Virus record (IMG/VR): IMGVR_UViG_3300027679_000366
Coordinates: 21,854 to 85,853 of that record
Reading direction: 5' to 3' (one strand)
DNA: 64,000 nt
Origin: a virus
Lineage: Duplodnaviria; Caudoviricetes
A program made the position numbers and the translations under genes. Below, one piece after another: positions 18,848-26,737 of the stretch; position 1 is the stretch's first letter, and each line of letters begins with the position of its first letter. The notes under the pieces are model-generated. The model had not been told where the DNA came from, did not search any database, and saw only the letters and a list, made by a program, of their open reading frames with translations.

Positions 18848-19195
18848 CTACTTAAACACAATTAAAGCAAGTAAACTTGCTTGGACAAAAAATCCAAGCC
18901 CGATTGTTACGATATTGAGTAAATCCTTTTGAATTGTTGCTTTAACAAAAAATAAGAACAAACCTAGCCAGCTAAACAAGACCATGTCAACTGGTGGCAT
19001 TTTCTCTGTTAATCCAGTCATAACAGCAATCATTGTGGGGATTGTTGCTAAGTGCAATAGCACTACAGCAATCCATCCTGCGGTTTCTGCACTAATTTGC
19101 GGTGCATGTTCTTTAATGTTTTTAACCCAAAGATCTAAATTAAATAAATCCTGTGTATATTTCTTAAATTGTGATGTATTCATTTTAATCCTCAT
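18848..19195 (-). CDS. 3-TM membrane protein (SemiSWEET/PQ-loop-like or holin)
   Basis: Three hydrophobic helices; overlaps the cell-wall hydrolase gene. Confidence 0.45.
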   Translation of the reverse strand: MRIKMNTSQFKKYTQDLFNLDLWVKNIKEHAPQISAETAGWIAVVLLHLATIPTMIAVMTGLTEKMPPVDMVLFSWLGLFLFFVKATIQKDLLNIVTIGLGFFVQASLLALIVFK

Positions 19196-19722
19196 TTGTA
19201 AAAAATATGTCGACCAACTTTAGCTACTTTTTCTTTATTCCACTTTGGATTGATATAGTCCCCGTGAAAGTAAAGTGCGTTTTTAATGGAAGGTAATCTA
19301 AAGCCCTCTAATAGAACTTTCTTTGCTACTTCCATACTTTCTGTGTATACTGCACCATTCATTGGTTTCTTTAATGTTGCAGTTTCACAGTACCAGCTGA
19401 ACTGGCATAATACTTTTTCGTATACTATATTCTTTTGGTATACTACTTGGCAAATGTCACTGGGAAATTGCCCACTTTCTGCTCTGTTGATTGTAACTTG
19501 GGCTACTGCGACCTTGCCTTCAAAAGGTTCGTAACCTGCTTCATAGTATATGTTACGAGCTAGACAGTCTAGTTGTTTCTGTCTTAATTCTGCTGTAACC
19601 GGACTCGCATATTGGCGAGCTGTTTTTAGGGTATCCAGTTTGTAATTAACTGCCTTATACCCTGCTAGTCCTACTAGCACCATTGCTAAAATAAAGACTA
19701 TTGTTTTGATAATGCGTATCAT
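19192..19722 (-). CDS. SleB-like cell wall hydrolase with N-terminal TM
   Basis: CLARNIYYEAGYEPFEGKVAVAQVTINR, QFSW, ALYFH, GRHIFY. Confidence 0.9.
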   Translation of the reverse strand: MIRIIKTIVFILAMVLVGLAGYKAVNYKLDTLKTARQYASPVTAELRQKQLDCLARNIYYEAGYEPFEGKVAVAQVTINRAESGQFPSDICQVVYQKNIVYEKVLCQFSWYCETATLKKPMNGAVYTESMEVAKKVLLEGFRLPSIKNALYFHGDYINPKWNKEKVAKVGRHIFYK

Positions 19723-19904
19723 ATGTTTTTCTCCTTTACGCTGGATCACGAAATCGCTAGTTCCGTCATTATAAAATATGGCTCTGATACATCTCCTTGT
19801 GCGTTAAAAGCCTCACTGCTTTTGGTACCCCAAACCTATGAGGTACAATAAGTAATTATCCAAAAAATACTCCTGAATAACTACTACTTTATACTTAGCA
19901 TCAG

Positions 19905-20297
19905 TTATCTCCGCATTCGAGAAATATCTACTGCCTGTTCATCACTAAACACTGGCACTGCATTACTCTTATGCATGGTAGCAATGCCTTTTACCATGGT
20001 ACCTGTATAAACTTTTGGGGGCTTAACAGTACATGCTCCACCACTAAATGGTAAACTTGGATGTTTGACATCGGTACCGTATCTACTGTATGGTTTGTTA
20101 TCCGGTTTCCAAACTTCACTAGTCATAGCACGTTTGCGTTTCTTTTCTTCAGCTTCAATGCCCCAACGCTTTTGAAATTCTTTCCAACTTTCTTCTTGCT
20201 CACGAGCCTTCCTTGCGTGATCAGCGGAAGCGAATTTCTTTTTACCTTTTTTCTTGCCAGTGGTACTGAGCCACGGCCCTTCTAAATGCATACTCAT
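19905..20297 (-). CDS. conserved basic phage protein
   Basis: KVYTG...GIATMHKSNAVPV C-terminal motif. Confidence 0.6.
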   Translation of the reverse strand: MSMHLEGPWLSTTGKKKGKKKFASADHARKAREQEESWKEFQKRWGIEAEEKKRKRAMTSEVWKPDNKPYSRYGTDVKHPSLPFSGGACTVKPPKVYTGTMVKGIATMHKSNAVPVFSDEQAVDISRMRR

Positions 20298-20328
20298 AAT
20301 TTTATCCTAAGATATCGAACATAGGACT

Positions 20329-20357
20329 ATTATATAATTACTTTTGGTATTTGTCAA
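20329..20357 (-). promoter_or_regulatory. sigma70 promoter
   Basis: TTGACA-17 bp-TATAAT. Confidence 0.85.
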
Positions 20358-21006
20358 CCAGTATTTTTTCGTTATGCCAAACTTCACTCATCGGTGTGTT
20401 TTTGAACTCTTCAAAGCAAGGCGTTCCCAATGTGTAGTGGATTAATTTGGCGGCTTTGTTGGATCCAAACTCATCTGCTAACCAATTCCATTCTATCGGA
20501 AGCTCGCCAATTAGATCATCAGCTAACCAACTAAATCGATGCACTTCCGGCCCAGTTGCTGTTTGAATAAATTCAGGAGTTATCACTCGATTAGCAATGT
20601 GGCCGCAATTCCAAAGTATAACGCTACTCCAATTTTTTCTAGGATAGTCTTCGTTCTTTGCTCCTAGATATTTTTGAGATTGTTTAGTTTTATAATTGTG
20701 TTTGACTACCATTACTGCTTTTGATTCGTCTTTTAAATTCCATAGTTTATCAATATCATCTTGTAACACCATGTCACCGTCAATAAAAATAGCCCAACCT
20801 TTATAATTCATTAAGTTTGGAACTAAAAATCTAGTATATACAAACTCATTGCTACCGTCAGTGTGGGTTTCTACGTAGTTTGCCAATAATGTTAAAGACA
20901 ACGGAATGATGTTAATAGGTTTTGTAGCATGTCTAATTATGCTGTTAGAGCATACATGATATGCTATTGTCTCATTGGTATCATACCCAATAAAAATTGA
21001 AATCAT
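20338..21006 (-). CDS. GT-A glycosyltransferase (GT8-like)
   Basis: IFIGYD, SNEFVYTRFLVP, FIDGDM, YPRKNWSS, HYTLGTP. Confidence 0.85.
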   Translation of the reverse strand: MISIFIGYDTNETIAYHVCSNSIIRHATKPINIIPLSLTLLANYVETHTDGSNEFVYTRFLVPNLMNYKGWAIFIDGDMVLQDDIDKLWNLKDESKAVMVVKHNYKTKQSQKYLGAKNEDYPRKNWSSVILWNCGHIANRVITPEFIQTATGPEVHRFSWLADDLIGELPIEWNWLADEFGSNKAAKLIHYTLGTPCFEEFKNTPMSEVWHNEKILVDKYQK

Positions 21007-21857
21007 GTTATCACCGTTTTAGGCGGATCAACTTTGACCTTATGATTGACTATTAAAGTGTCTGATGCAAATGATTTACCAATTATTGCTAAAATTAGAG
21101 CTTTGCATATTAGGCCGGGCATATCTTGTATCAATGATTCGTTGTTAAAATATATTTGTATGCTTGCATCTTTTTCGCTAGTGTACCAAGGCTTAAGAAC
21201 ATCAATATTAGAAAATACAGTAAAAGACGAACTCTGAAGTCGCTGATGTATAAACTGTTGCCATGTTGATGTATTAGGACTTACGGAAAACGCATCGAGA
21301 TTAATGTGTGGAATTATTGAACAGTGATCTGCTACTAATTGAAATTCTAACGTATTATTTTCTAACAACTTGTCTTTATCAAACAGTTGCATCGACTTGA
21401 GAAAATCAAAATCAACGCCGCCTGTATTGAAATATAAACAGTTTATTGGCGTGGTGTTGTGGAATAGTTTTATAATATGGCCACGAGCTGTACCCGGGTG
21501 TACTACATTTTGTTGTATTCTTGGATTGTAATGAACAGCTATCGGGTGAGTAAATCCGTTCTTTAAAAAAGAATAGGCTAGCCAACATATTTTAGGAAAC
21601 ACATGGTTGGTACCTGCGGATTTAGAATTATCTTGGAGATAATGTTTAGCCTGAAAAAATTGCTTTATAGGATTTAACAGATCAACAGAATCTCTCAATA
21701 ACAAATGACTCTTATCAATGTCACCTATATATAAATTTTCTGTTGTTCTCTTATATTTGTAAAAAAACTCTATCCGTTCTGTTATACCAGCAATTGGAAT
21801 TAGTTCGTGATTAAACTGACTACGATCTAGTATAGTGTAAGGATAGAACTTTTTCAT
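21003..21857 (-). CDS. hypothetical protein
   Basis: 284-aa AT-rich ORF overlapping the glycosyltransferase. Confidence 0.55.
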   Translation of the reverse strand: MKKFYPYTILDRSQFNHELIPIAGITERIEFFYKYKRTTENLYIGDIDKSHLLLRDSVDLLNPIKQFFQAKHYLQDNSKSAGTNHVFPKICWLAYSFLKNGFTHPIAVHYNPRIQQNVVHPGTARGHIIKLFHNTTPINCLYFNTGGVDFDFLKSMQLFDKDKLLENNTLEFQLVADHCSIIPHINLDAFSVSPNTSTWQQFIHQRLQSSSFTVFSNIDVLKPWYTSEKDASIQIYFNNESLIQDMPGLICKALILAIIGKSFASDTLIVNHKVKVDPPKTVIT

Positions 21858-21864
21858 TCAGCAT

Positions 21865-22059
21865 TTATTTAACAGCTGGTTTACGAGCGTTTTTAGTTGC
21901 TGTAACATCGTTACGAATGTCTTTACATAACTTGGCCAATTCTTGGCAATGCTTACGAACGCGAGTACCAGCGGCACCAACTTCCTTATCGTAAAACTTT
22001 TCAAAGTCGCCTTCCATTGCCTCTACTAACGCTGTGAATTCTTGATATCTATTAGCCAT
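21865..22059 (-). CDS. histone H1-like Hc1-family small protein
   Basis: DFEKFYDK..AAGTRVRK..QEL.K..KDIR. Confidence 0.7.
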   Translation of the reverse strand: MANRYQEFTALVEAMEGDFEKFYDKEVGAAGTRVRKHCQELAKLCKDIRNDVTATKNARKPAVK

Positions 22060-22102
22060 TTTTAATTCTCCTTTAATGGTGAGTAATTTTTACTCTACTA
22101 CT

Positions 22103-22131
22103 AATTTAGCAGATGTAATGTGTGTTGTCAA
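22103..22131 (-). promoter_or_regulatory. promoter
   Basis: TTGACA-17 bp-TAAATT. Confidence 0.6.
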
Positions 22132-22140
22132 TCTTTTTGA

Positions 22141-22410
22141 TTAAGGGCCGGCAAATACGTTTGAACTAGCTAGACCAATTGTAAAACCTTTTGCGGTTAC
22201 TGATCCCACCACTGCCACTGGCTGATTTTCAGCGAATACTTTCATTGACGGAGTACTAACTATGACATCGCCAGCATTTGGAGGGCCGCCAATTGTACTA
22301 CCGTTTATCACAGCAGTTGCTCTATTATTAACTTGTACTGAATCTGCGCCGGTTGCAATCAATCCACCTGCATGATCTATATTAATTCGACCTACGCCTT
22401 TCTTTGCCAT
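22141..22410 (-). CDS. PAAR-like spike-tip protein (gp5.4-like), degenerate
   Basis: GADSVQVNNRATAV, KVFAENQPVAVVGS, ASSNVFAG repeats. Confidence 0.65.
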   Translation of the reverse strand: MAKKGVGRINIDHAGGLIATGADSVQVNNRATAVINGSTIGGPPNAGDVIVSTPSMKVFAENQPVAVVGSVTAKGFTIGLASSNVFAGP

Positions 22411-22411
22411 A

Positions 22412-23083
22412 CTATAAGCCGCCTTTTATCTTAGCCCATAGAGATTGAGCAGACGAGCTAATTTGCGCACCGATAGTATCGATAGAGTCTGATATCCATT
22501 TGGCCACAGTTTTGTATGCATTAGATCCTGTTATCCAAGTTCCCACTTCGGCAACACTACTGCTAACAAATCCAATTGCTAATCCAGAAGCTCTAGAAGC
22601 TGATTGTATTAAGTTACCGTTTATTATAGCAGTTTTGAATTGGTCGTCTAGCGGTTTCATAACTGGCTTATCGGGTGAGGCCGCCTGATAAAAATTATTA
22701 ATTTCTATTTGACTTGCGGCAGCTATTGTTAATGTTGCACCGTGTGTAGATTTAGTAGTGGCAACACTTCCAGTTGCGATATTAAGGTCGCTTAAAAACT
22801 TTGCTATTTCTTTTTTCCTATCAGCCATGCTTGCTAGACTGTCATTAACTCCAGACAATACTCCAGCTATAGTTAATGGGGTTACACCGTTTCCTAATTG
22901 TAGCATTAAACTGGCAATCAATGAAGATAACACCAAAGCCTCAGCTTCAATTCTAGCGGCATAATCGTTAGTAACGGTAACTTGAACTGGAACAAACGGA
23001 GGCAACGGCCCAATTGAATAAGGTTGATTACTTGTACCGGGTTGTGGACTAGCAACAAAAACTTGTTTTTGACCGTAAGCCAT
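22412..23083 (-). CDS. Ala-rich helical protein, paralog 2
   Basis: Colinear with 23083..23718 (LSDLNxxTGSVA, AASQIE.NNF, GTWI.G..AY). Confidence 0.6.
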   Translation of the reverse strand: MAYGQKQVFVASPQPGTSNQPYSIGPLPPFVPVQVTVTNDYAARIEAEALVLSSLIASLMLQLGNGVTPLTIAGVLSGVNDSLASMADRKKEIAKFLSDLNIATGSVATTKSTHGATLTIAAASQIEINNFYQAASPDKPVMKPLDDQFKTAIINGNLIQSASRASGLAIGFVSSSVAEVGTWITGSNAYKTVAKWISDSIDTIGAQISSSAQSLWAKIKGGL

Positions 23084-23718
23084 TATGCAGAAGATCCGCC
23101 CTTGGCTTTGGCAAACAGTGATGATACACTAGGTGGCAACACTCCAAGAATTGAGTCAGCGGCATCAGATAACCAACCTGCAACGGTAGTATATGCTTTA
23201 GTCCCGGCAATCCAAGTACCTAGCGCCGCTGTATTAGTTGTGATATAGTCTGTGACTATGCCACCTACAACTGCGGCTTGGTTAAGTGATATGCCATTGA
23301 TCACGCTGGTTTTTATTTGTGCAGGTAGTGTAGGCAGTACTGGCTCAGGCAAGTCTGCACGTTTTAATGCGTCCAGTGTGGCCTGCTTTTGAAAGTTATT
23401 CTGCTCAATCTGACTTGCGGCGGCCATTGCTGTTACCGCAGTTAGCGACGATTGTGCGACTGCTACTGATCCTGTGGAAACATTAAGATCGCTAAGTTTT
23501 TTAGCAATCAATTTATCAGCATCGGCAATATTAGCAAGACTACTGTTAATACCAGATAAAATAGCAAGTAGTGTGCCGGGTGCTTCAGTGTTACCAATTT
23601 GCAAAATAATAGAATTAAAAGCAGCCTGTTGTGCTAGTGTTTGGTTAAAGATAGCAACGGCTGCATCGTCGGTTACTGTAGCCGTTCCAGGCCCTGTCAT
23701 GGTTACTACACTTGGCAT
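23083..23718 (-). CDS. Ala-rich helical protein, paralog 1
   Basis: Late TAAATA promoter and AGGAGA SD upstream; paralog of 22412..23083. Confidence 0.6.
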   Translation of the reverse strand: MPSVVTMTGPGTATVTDDAAVAIFNQTLAQQAAFNSIILQIGNTEAPGTLLAILSGINSSLANIADADKLIAKKLSDLNVSTGSVAVAQSSLTAVTAMAAASQIEQNNFQKQATLDALKRADLPEPVLPTLPAQIKTSVINGISLNQAAVVGGIVTDYITTNTAALGTWIAGTKAYTTVAGWLSDAADSILGVLPPSVSSLFAKAKGGSSA

Positions 23719-23740
23719 GTCATATCTCCTAAATTAATAT

Positions 23741-24031
23741 TTATATCAGCTTAATGCCCGATGTTGATTCGATAAATTGTTTAGCGAATTGCTTGTCAGT
23801 TGCTTCTGCTACTGTAACTGTGGATTTTGACAATTTAACTTCTTTGTCTGGATGTACTGTAAACAAGTAAGGCATTAAGCCCGGGCCCTTTTCGCCCATA
23901 CCAATAACCATTGGACGGCTTAGTTTATAATAAAGAGCACCATCTTCTATTAGTTTAGCAACTAGCTCTTCACCGCTTGTTAGTTTAAAGGTGACTACTT
24001 CACCTTCGCATACGCCTTTGTCAATTAACAT
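23741..24031 (-). CDS. small conserved phage protein (Sm-like beta barrel?)
   Basis: VVTFKLTSGEELVAK motif. Confidence 0.5.
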   Translation of the reverse strand: MLIDKGVCEGEVVTFKLTSGEELVAKLIEDGALYYKLSRPMVIGMGEKGPGLMPYLFTVHPDKEVKLSKSTVTVAEATDKQFAKQFIESTSGIKLI

Positions 24032-24033
24032 GT

Positions 24034-24276
24034 TTATCCTTTGAGTGTGTTAAAAAATTCTTCGTCTTTGCCAGCTAGGCCTTGATAGCCTCCTGGTAGG
24101 AGAACGCCGTCCTTGAAAATCTGTGGAACGCTACGCAACCCTTGCTCCGTTAGGAACTCACGTGCGCTTGGTTCGTCTTCCATTTTAATAACTTTAAATG
24201 GAATTTCTTTGCTTTCTAATAATGCCATTGCTCTATCGCAAAATGGGCAATTATTTTTACTGTAAACTGTAATCAT
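24034..24276 (-). CDS. glutaredoxin
   Basis: CPFC, SVPQIF, GGY. Confidence 0.93.
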   Translation of the reverse strand: MITVYSKNNCPFCDRAMALLESKEIPFKVIKMEDEPSAREFLTEQGLRSVPQIFKDGVLLPGGYQGLAGKDEEFFNTLKG

Positions 24277-24285
24277 ATTTCTCTC

Positions 24286-25386
24286 TTATAATGCTGGTAA
24301 CTCATTGTAGTCAATAGCATCACCCATGACTCCAATAACGTAATTGGTTGATTCACTTTCCTGTAGTGCAGTTTGTTTCTTGCTGGTATCAACGTGTTTG
24401 TTGAACCAAGGAATAGGAGTTGACTTTGGAGCAGGGTTATTGTATTTGATGCCAATATCTTTAAGTGCGCCCACTGCTGTATAGTCCACAAAGTCTTTTA
24501 AAATATTAGCATTCAAACCAATCACTGGTCCTTTGTTAAACAAATAAGTTGCCCAGTCCTTCTCTTCACGAATGACATCCATGTACAATGCATATACTTC
24601 TGCTTGACATTCGTCTCGAGCTTCAGCGAACCTGGGGTCTTCTTTAACCACTTGATTGATCAAGTAAGCAGTCCAGCCCTTGTGTAGCAGTTCGTCTTGT
24701 AGAATCAAACTGATAATATTGCCATTACCGATAAAGATTTTATTCTCTACCATGGCCAAACTTGTAGCAAAGCTAACCATAAAGCGGAACGCTTCTAGAG
24801 CATAACTGGCGTGAAGTGCCAGGTAGATTGCTTTAACATGTTCTTTTTCAGTAACTGCTTCGCCTAGTTGTTTACGACAGTTGACCATATGTAATGCTTC
24901 GTAGTAGTTGCCAACGCTTGAAGCCATTTCTACAATTTCTTTAGTGTCATGGATTGTATTAAACACATCCTTAGGTACATTGTAGATGTTACGGATAATG
25001 TGGCTATAACTCTTGCTGTGAATGTTAGTTTCAAAGAACGTCCAGTTATAAACTAATGCTTCTAGTTCAGGCAAGCTAATTACTGGCATAAAGATTTGGC
25101 TTGGGCCACGTCCCTGTAAACTATCTAATGCGGTCTGGCGTAGCAAGTTGCTAGTAAAGATGTGCTTGACCGCATCACTGGCATCCTTAAAGTCATTTGA
25201 ATCTTTCGTTAGGCTAATCTCTTCTGGTTGCCAAAAGAAACCACGTGCCGTTGCTTCAAAATCTGCGATCTTTTTATACTTGACTTCTTCGAATCGTTGT
25301 ATGGTTACTGGACCTGCAGGATCCAGAAACATTTTGCGATTAAGATAGTCTGTCTTTGTTGTTAAATTATATTGTTGTTTACTCAT
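24286..25386 (-). CDS. nrdB: ribonucleotide reductase class Ia beta subunit
   Basis: FFWQPEEI, LDSLQGR, ETNIHSKSY, DELLH, ALQESE..Y. Confidence 0.95.
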   Translation of the reverse strand: MSKQQYNLTTKTDYLNRKMFLDPAGPVTIQRFEEVKYKKIADFEATARGFFWQPEEISLTKDSNDFKDASDAVKHIFTSNLLRQTALDSLQGRGPSQIFMPVISLPELEALVYNWTFFETNIHSKSYSHIIRNIYNVPKDVFNTIHDTKEIVEMASSVGNYYEALHMVNCRKQLGEAVTEKEHVKAIYLALHASYALEAFRFMVSFATSLAMVENKIFIGNGNIISLILQDELLHKGWTAYLINQVVKEDPRFAEARDECQAEVYALYMDVIREEKDWATYLFNKGPVIGLNANILKDFVDYTAVGALKDIGIKYNNPAPKSTPIPWFNKHVDTSKKQTALQESESTNYVIGVMGDAIDYNELPAL

Positions 25387-25387
25387 T

Positions 25388-26044
25388 TTAATATTTTCCT
25401 GATGCAAGTACTATCTTGCAAATGTGTTCTAATCTTTCTATGTGCTCATAGGCACGCCAAGGAGTGTTACCAATGGCTACTACACCGTGTCCTTTGATTC
25501 CTACTATATCAAACTTGATGTTACCTTCGCGGTCAAGTCCCAAGTTACGATGACACGCTTCGCCCAATTCTTCACTGATCGGAGCAACGTCTCCCACATT
25601 AGATGCTACTTTAGTATAACGATTAAGTTCGGGAAAACTATCACTGACAGTGCCCAAGTCGATGCCGGCATGCATGGCCGCAATGCAGTAAGTTGGATGA
25701 ACGTGTACAACTACCCGCACATCGTCTTTGTGCTGTCCTAATTCTTTCTGTAGTCCAAAATGCAAAGGCATCTCACCACTAGGTTCCAAGTTGCCTGATA
25801 AGTCTGTTTGTTCAATGACTTCCCAATTATAGTTAAAAGCACCATTGCCAACACCACTGTTAATTGTTCTCCAGATTTTAATCTTCTTGAACATCTCTGG
25901 TTGCATCTGTTGTTTACGCACACCACTTGGTGTTACATAAAAATGATCACGGTCATGATGGCGTATAGAAATGTTACCATCTCTACTAGTAATCCAATTA
26001 CGCTTGTAAGCGTCTACTAAAATATCACAACAAGTTTCTAACAT
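25388..26044 (-). CDS. class II aldolase/adducin family protein
   Basis: DGNISIR, TPSG, PSGEMPLH, VVHVHP, GHG. Confidence 0.88.
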   Translation of the reverse strand: MLETCCDILVDAYKRNWITSRDGNISIRHHDRDHFYVTPSGVRKQQMQPEMFKKIKIWRTINSGVGNGAFNYNWEVIEQTDLSGNLEPSGEMPLHFGLQKELGQHKDDVRVVVHVHPTYCIAAMHAGIDLGTVSDSFPELNRYTKVASNVGDVAPISEELGEACHRNLGLDREGNIKFDIVGIKGHGVVAIGNTPWRAYEHIERLEHICKIVLASGKY

Positions 26045-26052
26045 TATTATCC

Positions 26053-26379
26053 CTATACTCTAAAACTTTCACCACAGCCGCAACGGTCACGCTCGTTAGG
26101 ATTGACAAAATCAAAGCCTTCATTAAGTCCATTACGTACCCAATCCATAGTCAACCCGTCTAGATAGGCTAGACTTTTGGCATCTACTAGCACAACAAAC
26201 CCGTCGTGTGCAAAATTAGTCACTCCTACTTCGGCTTCGTAACTATCTACATATTCTAACACATAAGCTAATCCAGAGCAACCGGTAGTTTTCACACCAA
26301 TCCTAATACCAACGCCCTTACCACGTTTAGCTAATGTTTGTTTAATTCGGTTACTGGCTGTGTCGGTTACGGTAATCAT
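26053..26379 (-). CDS. iscA: Fe-S cluster A-type carrier
   Basis: GCSGLAY, CGCGESF. Confidence 0.95.
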   Translation of the reverse strand: MITVTDTASNRIKQTLAKRGKGVGIRIGVKTTGCSGLAYVLEYVDSYEAEVGVTNFAHDGFVVLVDAKSLAYLDGLTMDWVRNGLNEGFDFVNPNERDRCGCGESFRV

Positions 26380-26737
26380 TCACTGCCGCCTTGATAGCAT
26401 CTTCTGCCAATATACTACAATGTATTTTAACCGGAGGAAGAGCCAGTTCTTCTGCTATTTCTTTGTTTTTGATTGTTCCGGCTTCGTCGAGGGTTTTTCC
26501 CTTGAGCCATTCTGTAACGAGGCTCGAACTCGCGATAGCCGATCCGCAGCCATACGTTTTAAATTTTGCATCTGTAATAATACCTGTATCATCGTCTACC
26601 TTTATCTGTAGTTTCATTACATCACCGCAAGCAGGGGCGCCTACCATGCCTGTGCCTACGGTAGGATCATCTTTAGCAAATGAGCCTACATTTCTTGGAT
26701 TTTCATAATGGTCAATAACTTTTTCGGAATAACTCAT
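26351..26737 (-). CDS. iscU: Fe-S scaffold protein
   Basis: DHYENPRNVG, APACGD, GCGSAIAS, LPPVKIHC. Confidence 0.97.
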   Translation of the reverse strand: MSYSEKVIDHYENPRNVGSFAKDDPTVGTGMVGAPACGDVMKLQIKVDDDTGIITDAKFKTYGCGSAIASSSLVTEWLKGKTLDEAGTIKNKEIAEELALPPVKIHCSILAEDAIKAAVNDYRNRHSQ

